Source: Tetramitus jugosus
Taxonomy: Eukaryota > Protista > Heterolobosea
Length of the DNA stretch: 64,000 nt
Reading direction: 5' to 3'
Assembly (NCBI GenBank): GCA_937625935.1
Contig: OW569365.1
Coordinates: 248,001-312,000, forward strand
Translations under genes and position numbers: made by a program
Shown here: piece by piece, positions 38,484 to 48,311 of the stretch
Numbering within the stretch: the first letter of the stretch is position 1
Layout: every line of letters begins with the position of its first letter
Notes under the pieces: model-generated
Seen by the model: the letters and a program-made list of their open reading frames with translations, nothing else
What the model was told of the DNA's origin: nothing
Databases searched by the model: none

Positions 38484-39389
38484 TGCAGTGAACTTGCGAG
38501 TAAGAAAAGTTCTGCTCTTGGCAGTGAACCCGAATTCTCCAGACGTCTACCTTGAGTTCAACAGAACTCCATCGTTCTTTGTAGCTCTGCACAGCTCTAT
38601 CAGAGTGCTCCTGTAATCAGGACATGAAAAAAGAATAACATCGAAATGCCAATGATAGTTTCAGTAACGCATATGTAAATGAAAAATATCATTTTAATAA
38701 TTAAATGACCATTTATAAAGAGATTATTCTAAGATTAAATGAGTGGATGATGAAGAAGACTTTTAATAAATAACTCTTTTAGTGAACTCCCTTATGGAAT
38801 GTTGGTTGGGAGCATGAGTTTTCTTGCTTGACTCAGGGAACAAAAGTGGTTTTGGGCAGACGCTTTTAGGAAATCTAAAACTCATTATTTTGACTGTTGG
38901 TTGAATGCGTAAGCAACACTTTATTTTTACCGCAATCTAACGGAAAAAGCCCAAATTCACTAAATCTGGCAAAATAGAAGCAGTGTGGTGATAGCTGCAC
39001 AATGATGTGGTCAAACAGTAAACAAAGAAGTACATTGTAAAAAACATTATGCCGTGTGTAACACGCGGAACCAACCATTGTTGTCAGACAACAACAACGC
39101 AGCTGAAGCACCGTACGAAACACAACATAATCAGATTTGTGCAATACATTGGAAGATGATGATGATAGTGATGAAGTGAGAAGTATATTTAGGAAACAGT
39201 TTGTTGATGCCTTATCACAGTCAAAGTATGAGCTCACTGTACAACTTGCTCACAATTACTCTCTGTTGCAAAGATGGCACAGGATAAGAACAATATGATC
39301 AGATACAGTTACAACAACAGAATGAAGCTCTCAAACAACAACTGCATTTAAGAACTTGTGCGCTAGATTGTAGTGGCTGTATTTCATGT

Positions 39390-40565
39390 TTACAATTTTG
39401 AGTCTGGATCTTTTGGCTCAGATATCTGTCCTTGGAACACAACAACACCAGAGGGAATGTGTCGAATGAAGAACAAGAATGGCTCGTTCACAATAAAGTC
39501 CAACGATTTCGAGACCACCTTCTTTCTTTTGAACCTGACAACCGTGGCTGCCGCAGCTTCAGTCCCTTCTTCATCTACTACCACAAATGTCTTATGAATG
39601 ACCTGGTCAATATGCAAAGCGGTTGACTGGCAAATGGCACTAAAGTCTGCACTGTCATCGAAAGGTGAAACCATACCCATCTGAATCAGCGTCTTCTTCA
39701 CAGAAAGCTCCGACTCCACTTTAAACTTTGGCAACGCTAAGACGCTAATCTTTTCCGTGGTTGAGTCATTAAAGTCAATAGATTGCAAATTGTCCTTGAC
39801 TAATTGAAGTGCAAATGATTTCGAAGGCAGAACAACAATCATTTCACATTCGTCTCCCTGATAAGGCAGGTGCACCCATTTTGCGAATGTGTTCTCACCA
39901 TATTGAAACTCCTTTTGTTTCATTTTCATCATTGGTACATCGACAGAGTGCTTTGCCGTCTTGAAGAACAAGTCTGGTTGGGTGAGATTCTTGTCAAACT
40001 GATGCTTCCAACTCTTCTTGAAATAGATGGCATTGACTAGCACCATACGAGTCAAATCATCAGACGACAACAAGGGAGCACGCAAGACATTTTGAATCTT
40101 GTTGTGTGTTGCCTCTTGAACCCACTTGTTCACCACTTGCACACTCTCTGCATTGCTAAAGTCCAGTGATTGACACTTGGTTGCAAATGAACCTTCAGCC
40201 TTCATCATCAAGCAATCCACATAGGACGGCTCCAAATTCATTCCCTCCTGAATGAAGACACCATTGGCCAATTCGACATTGTTCTTTGATAGAGCTCCTC
40301 CCTCAATTGCCTTCAGGTACCACTCGTTCAATTCTTGTAGAGATGAGTGCTGCTGTTGCTGTTGCTGACCGACTGTGTTTCCCTTGGATAAAACAGCCAC
40401 CATTTCACTCAGAGTCTTGCCCTTGGCACCGTTTGCAGCCATCAGCAATGCAACAAAGACAGACAGACCCGAAATGAACAAGTTGTTGTCTGATGTGTCA
40501 TTCAGCAACAGACTTGTGAATAGAGAATCAGAAAATGGATTGGCAAGGTTTGCTTTTGCAGACAT
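39390..40565 (-). CDS. Serpin, inhibitory type, no signal peptide, C-terminal SKL
   Basis: NLFISGLS, VNKWVQEATHNKI, VLVNAIYFK, LPKFKVE, hinge DEEGTEAAAAT, FIVNEPFLFFI. Confidence 0.95.
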   Translation of the reverse strand: MSAKANLANPFSDSLFTSLLLNDTSDNNLFISGLSVFVALLMAANGAKGKTLSEMVAVLSKGNTVGQQQQQQHSSLQELNEWYLKAIEGGALSKNNVELANGVFIQEGMNLEPSYVDCLMMKAEGSFATKCQSLDFSNAESVQVVNKWVQEATHNKIQNVLRAPLLSSDDLTRMVLVNAIYFKKSWKHQFDKNLTQPDLFFKTAKHSVDVPMMKMKQKEFQYGENTFAKWVHLPYQGDECEMIVVLPSKSFALQLVKDNLQSIDFNDSTTEKISVLALPKFKVESELSVKKTLIQMGMVSPFDDSADFSAICQSTALHIDQVIHKTFVVVDEEGTEAAAATVVRFKRKKVVSKSLDFIVNEPFLFFIRHIPSGVVVFQGQISEPKDPDSKL

Positions 40566-40718
40566 GTTGTTGATGTTGGAATGTTGTTGAGATGTTGTTT
40601 GTTCGATCTTGTTTCCCTGCTGTTCGCCTTGTGCTTTTATACCAATTGTATCGGCTGCACGACTGCAGGAAAATGCTGACCTTCTAATTTGATGGGGCCA
40701 GGGTTCTAAGCCGTCTAA

Positions 40719-40730
40719 TTTGGCGCCAAA
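40719..40730. promoter_or_regulatory. Palindromic E2F-type site TTTGGCGCCAAA
   Basis: Perfect palindrome matching the E2F consensus, about 24 bp upstream of the ATG at 40754. Confidence 0.5.
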
Positions 40731-40753
40731 GAAAAGTACGAAACAGACAAGTG

Positions 40754-43237
40754 ATGAGTAGAGGGAGTGTTGGGTTGAAGCTTCACGATGAAGAAGAGAT
40801 GTCCAAATTGAGAGAACAAGATGTAATCCGAAATGACCACTTTACTCACAATCGATTGCACAGAGGGAACGATAACTTACAGTACTCAAGGGAGAATGGT
40901 GAGGAGGGAGATGGAAGCAACAGTAGTGAAATGTCTGGCAGATTGATGATGGATATGAAACCATTGAGCCTCAATGACTACTACTCACGGAAACAAGCTC
41001 AATTAAGTCAACAACAATTGAACAGCAGGGATAGCACAGTGAACACTTCTACTCATCATCGTGATAATGCATCGCTTCAGACAGCAAAGAGTGCAAAGCA
41101 AAGTGCAGCCTGGACACAGTTATCTGCGAAACAAAAGCAGAGAAAGTGGCAAATGGATGCTCAAGCAGTTCCCATCACTTACAACAGCAGTATGAATACG
41201 AGTAACAATAGCACGATAGATCAATTGAAAACTCTCAGTTCCAAATTTGATCACAATTCTCATTCCAAAGAAGAAGTCAATCGATTAATCTTCCATGAAG
41301 AGAACATGGATATCATGAAACCTATTTTGGACAACAGCTCCATCATGGAACAGAAATTGGTGAGCAAGGTGGGAGCTCAAGCCTTCTCGAGTGTTGCTAA
41401 ACATGATAGAGGAGTCAAGAGACAGGAGGAAATACATGATGTGAATCGAACACTACACCGTATTCAAAATCGAACCAATCAGACAAAGGAACTGAGAACA
41501 ACTACTCCGACAACAGATGAACGACGAAGCAATAGTCGAGGTGGTGTTCATTCTAGAGCGAGTATGAACAGTAGTCGCAATCAGCAATTGACGACGGACA
41601 ACAGGGAAAACAACATTACTCACAACTCGAAATCAACAACGAACAATATTTTCTCTCATTCATCTCATCCAATGCACAGTCATTCGTCAAGTGTGAAAGG
41701 ACAATGGATAGACAAGATTAAGAATCAAGCTCGGATCAACTTGAACGAACTGGAACAGAAGAAACGAATCGAAGAAATAGTAATATCAGCACAGATTAAG
41801 CAGGAGAACACTGCGTCTATGTACAAACACACAATTGATCATTTGAACGATGAAAAGAAGATGATGGAAGTGAACAACAAGACTCTCAAAGCCAACATTT
41901 CACTGCTGGAGGAAGAAATCACATCTCTTAAACATACAATATCACTCTTGAGACAAAAACTCAGCAAACTATCGAGTAGAGAGGTGGAGAGTCAACAGAA
42001 GCTGAAATTATTTTCGGATTATCAGCCATTGTTTGAAGATTTACAGAAGAATTTTAATTTCGATAGTCCAATGCAAGTAATTAACCGGATGGAACTATTG
42101 GAGAAACAGTGCGCTGATTATATGCAACAATTACTGAATGCAGAGCACGAGAGGAATGAAATGCAGAGGGAATTGGAAAAAACAAAGCAAGATGTCGAAA
42201 CAGAGAACAGAGAACGGATTTTGGGGCTCACCAAAAACTTGGAGAGAAGCGAAAGGCAAGCGAAGGAACTGCAAAAAACTGTCGATGTTCTTCAAAAGGC
42301 AGTTGAGAAAGCGAATACATATAGTAAGAAATATTTTGATTTGAATAACGCAGTCATTGATATTTGGGATACATGGCTCAATGATATCAACAAAATTGGA
42401 TACAGAGATAGCATGGAGGCTGTAGCTGAAGAACTTGATCGAACTGATTCTAATCAACTTTTGTCTGCACTTAAGAATCTTCTTATTGTATTCACTCCCA
42501 CGAAAGCAGGAAGAAACTACACTGATATGGCAATACTTGCAAACAGATATTGGAAGCGATACTTCAGCATGAACATTGACTTAAAGAATCAACCATACAC
42601 CATCTTTGATTCTTTAGGCAAGTACATTGACAGCAAGGAGAATGAAATTGGATTCCTAAAGAAACAGCTTCAGATGAAGTGTCATGAAATCATAGGCCTA
42701 CAGGAGTCCCTTGCCAAAACCAATCGAGAGAAGAAAGTGGCAGAGCACAACTTATCGACCCATAAATTGTTTAACGCCCATCATCAACGTAACATCTCAG
42801 AAGAAGAACGGTTTGATGGAGATGATTCTATCGATAATGGAAAATGGAAACCATGGACTTCATCGAGTGTTTATCAAACACAAAGAAACATGATGCTGAG
42901 AAGAAAATCATCAACACCGTTAAGATCCTCTAATATTAGTTCAGCACGACCCAACAGTGCTCCTGCTCGTAGGGGAACAAGAGTTCAACAAGCAGTGACA
43001 GGAGATCGAGCAGGGTTGTTGAGCGAAAAAGCTAGTGGTTCTTCGACTAATAAGGCCCCAATGAGTGCTCGCTCAAGTACGCAATCAGGAAGGATGGAAA
43101 GTAGAATGGACAGAAATCAGACCTTAAGTAGAATTAGACAGGAGTTGAACCTGCCCACTGGCGGAACCCCTGACAGCAAGGAATCCTCTTCGGAATCATC
43201 AGTCTTTATTACCCAGAGTGCAAGCCTCGTAACATAA
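40754..43237 (+). CDS. Hypothetical long coiled-coil protein
   Basis: 827-aa ORF with an extended heptad region (about aa 320-670) and disordered ends. Confidence 0.7.
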   Translation: MSRGSVGLKLHDEEEMSKLREQDVIRNDHFTHNRLHRGNDNLQYSRENGEEGDGSNSSEMSGRLMMDMKPLSLNDYYSRKQAQLSQQQLNSRDSTVNTSTHHRDNASLQTAKSAKQSAAWTQLSAKQKQRKWQMDAQAVPITYNSSMNTSNNSTIDQLKTLSSKFDHNSHSKEEVNRLIFHEENMDIMKPILDNSSIMEQKLVSKVGAQAFSSVAKHDRGVKRQEEIHDVNRTLHRIQNRTNQTKELRTTTPTTDERRSNSRGGVHSRASMNSSRNQQLTTDNRENNITHNSKSTTNNIFSHSSHPMHSHSSSVKGQWIDKIKNQARINLNELEQKKRIEEIVISAQIKQENTASMYKHTIDHLNDEKKMMEVNNKTLKANISLLEEEITSLKHTISLLRQKLSKLSSREVESQQKLKLFSDYQPLFEDLQKNFNFDSPMQVINRMELLEKQCADYMQQLLNAEHERNEMQRELEKTKQDVETENRERILGLTKNLERSERQAKELQKTVDVLQKAVEKANTYSKKYFDLNNAVIDIWDTWLNDINKIGYRDSMEAVAEELDRTDSNQLLSALKNLLIVFTPTKAGRNYTDMAILANRYWKRYFSMNIDLKNQPYTIFDSLGKYIDSKENEIGFLKKQLQMKCHEIIGLQESLAKTNREKKVAEHNLSTHKLFNAHHQRNISEEERFDGDDSIDNGKWKPWTSSSVYQTQRNMMLRRKSSTPLRSSNISSARPNSAPARRGTRVQQAVTGDRAGLLSEKASGSSTNKAPMSARSSTQSGRMESRMDRNQTLSRIRQELNLPTGGTPDSKESSSESSVFITQSASLVT

Positions 43238-43264
43238 TTGCTATTCATCCAAGTTGAGTTGGGA

Positions 43265-44495
43265 CTAAGATACGAAAGAACTCATATTCCGTTTCAAATA
43301 AGGTGCTCTACAGGAGGGGCATGAGAGTCTATTCACCATCGGATTGAATGACTCGAAGCTGGACAAACATTGTGCATGAAAACAATGAGTGCAACTAGTG
43401 ATGACACAAGGCTTGTTGCTATCATCCATGTCACACATACAAATCGGACACGCGTCATATCCTCTGGCTAAAGCTTTTTGATAAATAATATGCCACTTGT
43501 CTTCATCGAGATAAGACAACCTACTTTTCTGTAAATTATACTCAGTTTGAAGAAGCAACTGATCCACGGCTCTGTCTTGAGCCAACTGATGACTAATTAA
43601 TTTCTCATTCAAAGTGTGAATCTTCTTTGCGTAGTATTCCCTCTTCTTGACAGGATTTCTCTTGAGTAGGTCTTTTCGGAACATCCTTCGAGTCCTGTAA
43701 CCTCGCCACAAGCTTTGAATTCTTAGCAAATGTATGTATGTGAGTGAATGAGAAGACTCTATAGAATATTGTGGCAAGACGACATACCTCACTGCGCAGA
43801 GATGTAAATATACTTTTCTCGCTTCACCTGTTATTCGTTTCTTATATTCCTCTTTGCGGCACATGGGACACTGTAACTTGGCATCCATATTCATTCTCGT
43901 GAACCTTTCAAAGTTCCGAAAGCAATCAATATGAAAAATGTGGGAACAATCAAGTATCATTTGCTTCTCTTTCACTCCTAACGGTTCCATACATATGGGA
44001 CAAGGATCTGAGACATGATTTCGCTCAACAGCCAATCTTTCAATGGCTGTCCATTGTTCGGAAGAGAGCGGTGGTTCTGGAAGATCAACGATGCCCATTC
44101 TTTGAGCTAGAGAAAGCTTATTAGAGTTGCCTGATGCCCTTGTTGTACGTTTTGACCTGTTGCTACATCCTGGGAGAAGAAGAGATGAATTTTTCATCAT
44201 CTCCTGCTGAAGAGCTACAGCGGTCCATAGTTTTTTGTTTTGAGATATGGAGGGCTGTCAGAGAACGCATTTAGAGTTAGTGTTGTCAGCTTTTTGAGCC
44301 AGAAGAACTCACATAAAGTGCAATGTTGTTCGTACATTGGATTTGAAAGTAGAGTGCGAGTATGGTGTGCTCGTCGTGTGATTCCTCTTGTTCATTTTCT
44401 TTGTCAAAGACAGAGGCACATCTTCGACACTGTCGTAAACGCCAAAGTTGGGCTTGCCGCGATTCGAACCATGGGCAATAATTGGATTGATTCAT
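43265..44495 (-). CDS. RNF32: RNF32-like RING-IQ-RING protein; introns 43787-43722 and probably 44312-44255 (5' exon uncertain)
   Basis: AVALQ and LSLAQRMG...PPLS..W motifs; two RING-H2 domains (CPICMEPL...CSHIFHIDC...CPMCR and CPICMC...CTHCFHAQC...CPSCR). IQ motif AVRIQSLWRGYRTR is restored by removing a 66-nt in-frame intron. Confidence 0.8.
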
Positions 44496-44718
44496 CGAGA
44501 GTAGTTCTCTTGTTTTTATTGTGATTATATATATGAATCACCATCACTACGTTACAACTTGAAATGATATACAACAAGAACAAGAACAACAACAATAACA
44601 ACATGAATCATCCATCACAACAGTGATATTAATACTACTCATAATCATACAAATAATGGCAACGATCATCCATATCTCCACCACCAATTCTTCTTCTTCT
44701 TCTTCTTCTTATACACTC

Positions 44719-45435
44719 TTATGAAAGAGACGTAGCTGTAAAAAACACAAACAACAACAACAACAGTGACAATAGAACGAGAATAACAAAGGGAGCATAG
44801 GTCTTGACTGTTCGATACGTGTCTACATGATGAGCACGCAAGAATGATTTCGTTCCCAGTTCTACAATGCCCCAATTGTTGCGATCCTCGTATTGCATCT
44901 CATTGAGACAACATTGGACAAAGTGATGACAATTGTTGAGGAAAAAATTGTACATTTTCTTCTTGTAGAGTCGTCTTGTTTTTTCAATGGCATTGTCCCA
45001 ACTCTTGGCTAATAATTGTGTATTGGTGGTGGTGGTGGTGGTGGTATGATGATGATGATGATGATGATGATTGTCATTGTCTTCAGTAGTATTGCTTGTA
45101 CTCGTGTTTGTATTGCCGCTGTTATTTGATTCATCATCATCATTATCATTGTCACTATGACTGTCGTTCAAGTCATCGATTGCATGTAATTGCTGTTGTT
45201 GTACTTGTTGTTGATGTCGTTTTTGTATGAATTGTGGATTCAATGGCAAGTATCGTGTCGGTGCTCCAAATGCAAACGCATCTACACTCACATAGTACGG
45301 TCCAGCAAAGTCATGAATAATGCCATGAGAGTCTGCAATGCCCATGTGACCAATAAATGGCATGAACCAACTCAGTAGAGGTATGGGTGTCCATACAATA
45401 CAGTATGGATATCGATCATTGGATGGATCAATCAT
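44719..45435 (-). CDS. TMEM222: TMEM222/RTE1-like protein
   Basis: RYPYCIVWTPIPLLSWFMPFIGHMGI, HDFAGPYYVS, YNFFLNNCHHFV and a C-terminal TM segment. Confidence 0.9.
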   Translation of the reverse strand: MIDPSNDRYPYCIVWTPIPLLSWFMPFIGHMGIADSHGIIHDFAGPYYVSVDAFAFGAPTRYLPLNPQFIQKRHQQQVQQQQLHAIDDLNDSHSDNDNDDDESNNSGNTNTSTSNTTEDNDNHHHHHHHHTTTTTTTNTQLLAKSWDNAIEKTRRLYKKKMYNFFLNNCHHFVQCCLNEMQYEDRNNWGIVELGTKSFLRAHHVDTYRTVKTYAPFVILVLLSLLLLLFVFFTATSLS

Positions 45436-45543
45436 TGTTCTGAGTTGTGTTTTTTGGATTGTTGTTGATTTTGTTGTGAACCACAATCCAAAAATAATAC
45501 ATAGAGGCTTTGTCTCATCAGAAAACCACACAAACAGAAAAGA

Positions 45544-47157
45544 ATGACAAACTATAGGCATGATTCTAGGCGATTGTATGAACTACCAACAACAATCAAT
45601 CAACAACTGAATGGTAGTAGTAGTAGTAGTACTAGCAATTATAATAATAATAATAATCATAGCAAGGATAATAATAATATGGGTGATGACAGTTACATTC
45701 CAAAAGACTTTTTCAGCAACATGTCCATCAATGAACACGTTCATCATCAATCATTGTACACGATCATGAATTGTACTCTACCCATGATTCATCAATGCAT
45801 TCTCGTTCTCTTATTCTTCACCATTCAATACTATCAACAAATACAACAACAACAACCATCATCATCATGGAGTAACAATCAAAACAATCACAATCATCAC
45901 AATAATTATACACTATCATTCTCATTTCTATTGATATTGGTGATATCATTGATTATGAACTTCTCACAATTCATCATATTGTCACTCTTTGTGTACAGCA
46001 TGTCACCAGTGATTCAATCATTGACCAGTACATTCTCTCATGACACAATCTATGTCACCAGTTGTCTCTTTTTTCTCATTCATCTCATTTCATTTGACTA
46101 TGAATACTTTATACCACCATCACCACAAATACAACAACAAATACAACAACAAATACAATCAACAAGTGCAAGTACTACGAACACTAGTACAAGCAATAAT
46201 AAGGATCACACTACTACCACTACTACTACTACAAACATGAACACAAATCAAAGTAATAACAATCATAGCAATAATCATAGTAATGCAATAAGCATGTTGG
46301 CTCCGAGTCCCATGACTCCCATGACTCCAGTGACTTCACTACCCATCTCACAAGATGTCTTTTCATCATTCAACAATCACAATAACAACAACAAACAGAG
46401 AAGAAGAAGATTGCCCTTGTTATCATCTCTCACATCATCATCATCTTCTACCATCAACCAGAATAGCGACAACAACAACAATAACAACATTTCATCAAAA
46501 TCCAAAGAGAAGCAACAACAACAACAGAATCATCCTACGAAAGATCACAACAACAACAACAACAACAATCATACAACGAATACAGTTATTGTTGGTAGTC
46601 AAAACAGTTCAAGTAGTAGTGCATCATTAGATGAGCAACCATTGAATGGAGCATTGAGTATCGGATGTTTATTTATACCATTGATTCTCATGGGTAGTAT
46701 GAACAATAGACATACCTCAATGATGATGAGTCATAGCATGGAATTTTATCACTTGTTTCTCTATGTTCATCTGTTGTTTCTCGGTATTCTACCATTGAGA
46801 AGATTCATGTATCGACTCACAATGGACTATCCATGGTTTTCATTTATTCAATGGTCATTGGTTGCCATGGTGTTGTATCATACGAGACATTGGCTATTCA
46901 TCACTTCTTCTGCTACTACTGCTGCCAGTACTACTACTACTACTAGTACTAGTACTAGTACTGACAATACAGTTGTACTAGTAGAGATGATGATTATGAA
47001 ATCGTGTTGGATCATGATACTATTATTGTTGTTTGGTGCACTATTCTACTGGTATGTGCATCGATATCACAAAAAGTTGATTAGTGGGCCATGGGATGAA
47101 GCGAAACTTCATTTTGATTCCTCTGTGATGCAATCTCAAATGACAATGACATCATAA
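45544..47157 (+). CDS. PIGC: GPI-GlcNAc transferase subunit PIG-C/GPI2
   Basis: Multi-TM protein with DDSYIPKDF, SPVIQSLTSTFSHDTIY, HLISFDY and K..ISGPWDEA. Confidence 0.85.
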   Translation: MTNYRHDSRRLYELPTTINQQLNGSSSSSTSNYNNNNNHSKDNNNMGDDSYIPKDFFSNMSINEHVHHQSLYTIMNCTLPMIHQCILVLLFFTIQYYQQIQQQQPSSSWSNNQNNHNHHNNYTLSFSFLLILVISLIMNFSQFIILSLFVYSMSPVIQSLTSTFSHDTIYVTSCLFFLIHLISFDYEYFIPPSPQIQQQIQQQIQSTSASTTNTSTSNNKDHTTTTTTTTNMNTNQSNNNHSNNHSNAISMLAPSPMTPMTPVTSLPISQDVFSSFNNHNNNNKQRRRRLPLLSSLTSSSSSTINQNSDNNNNNNISSKSKEKQQQQQNHPTKDHNNNNNNNHTTNTVIVGSQNSSSSSASLDEQPLNGALSIGCLFIPLILMGSMNNRHTSMMMSHSMEFYHLFLYVHLLFLGILPLRRFMYRLTMDYPWFSFIQWSLVAMVLYHTRHWLFITSSATTAASTTTTTSTSTSTDNTVVLVEMMIMKSCWIMILLLLFGALFYWYVHRYHKKLISGPWDEAKLHFDSSVMQSQMTMTS

Positions 47158-47250
47158 ATCAATTCATATTCACAATTCTTATTCACACTTCTTATTATTT
47201 GTAAATGTGTGATTGTGTGTGGTATCTCTCAATCTCAACCCCATTCTTAT

Positions 47251-47295
47251 TTCTCTTTATCTCTCTTTATCTCTCTTTATCTCTCTTCATCTCTC
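47251..47295. repeat. Tandem 10-bp repeat (CTCTCTTTAT) x about 4.5 in the convergent 3' spacer
   Basis: ttctctttat ctctctttat ctctctttat ctctcttcat ctctc. Confidence 0.8.
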
Positions 47296-47327
47296 ATTCA
47301 ATCAATGACTGTCCACCATCAGCGCGT

Positions 47328-48056
47328 TTAGAAACATTCGGACATGGCGTACTGTTGAGTCAATTGTTGTTCATTGTTGCAATCATACAATGGCTTATTC
47401 AATTTTTGATTGACAATATTGTGCAAATCACACACATAATGTTTCATTGTATACTTGTTGTTGTTGTTGTTGTTATGGATGAATTGTGTTTTCATGAGAG
47501 AGAATGGATGTTGATTGAGAATGAGTTGAAAATCAGCAGCACACGTAGGACATGGGAACAATTGAGATACTAAATGAAGCAATTCATTCATTTTCTTTTC
47601 CTTGTCAGTGTCACCCAATATGTTGTTATTATTGTTGTTATTGTCCATCTTATGATTGTCCATATTGTTTGCATGTTGAGCCAAAATGTGCAAGAATTTC
47701 CATGTGGCACGTCCAACATCCTCTCTCGACAATAGAGAAGCCTTGTTGATTGCATTTGCTGATGATGATGATGATGATGTTTTTAGACTGCATGTAGTCT
47801 CTCCTTCTCCTGCTTCATGTTTATTATTGTTAATGTTGTCAGAGAGTTTCTGGGCATGATTGTAGGAGGATAGTGATGAAGGTGATGATAGAATCATGTA
47901 TCGAATCAAGTAGAATGCAGTGAACAGACACAATAGGAACAGAACAAAAAGGAATATGAGTGATTTTTTCTTGTTCTTATTGTTGTTGTTGTTGCGACTC
48001 GTATGTTGAGGATAGGGTGAGAGATCAGAAATGGTGATTGGAAGTGTTGGAATCAT
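47328..48056 (-). CDS. Erv1/ALR-family FAD sulfhydryl oxidase, Erv2-like with N-terminal membrane anchor
   Basis: REDVGRATWKFLH, FPCPTCAADF, CDLHNIVNQKLNKPLYDC and a signal-anchor segment. Confidence 0.88.
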   Translation of the reverse strand: MIPTLPITISDLSPYPQHTSRNNNNNKNKKKSLIFLFVLFLLCLFTAFYLIRYMILSSPSSLSSYNHAQKLSDNINNNKHEAGEGETTCSLKTSSSSSSANAINKASLLSREDVGRATWKFLHILAQHANNMDNHKMDNNNNNNNILGDTDKEKKMNELLHLVSQLFPCPTCAADFQLILNQHPFSLMKTQFIHNNNNNNKYTMKHYVCDLHNIVNQKLNKPLYDCNNEQQLTQQYAMSECF

Positions 48057-48311
48057 TGTTGATTTGACGCGATTGTTTTGTTGTGTTTCTTGTTGTTGGT
48101 TCGGTCGTATACCTTTTGAATTTCAATCAGTGTTTTCTTGTTTTTTCGGAATTGGGGTCGGGAAGCATTCACATGTTTGAACACCGCACTTGACCTGGCG
48201 TTTGCCGCTCAAAAAGTGTCTCCGCTAAAAGAGCTCCGATCACTTCGAGCTACGATTCGAACATGCTGTGTGATCCATTTTGTGTCTCTTGTTGGAAGAA
48301 TTCAATCAAAC

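Noticed and set aside
39001-39110. Box C/D snoRNA-like ATGATGT...CTGA
   Set aside because: Imperfect C box, weak terminal stem and no recognisable rRNA-complementary guide. ATGATG is ubiquitous in this sequence.
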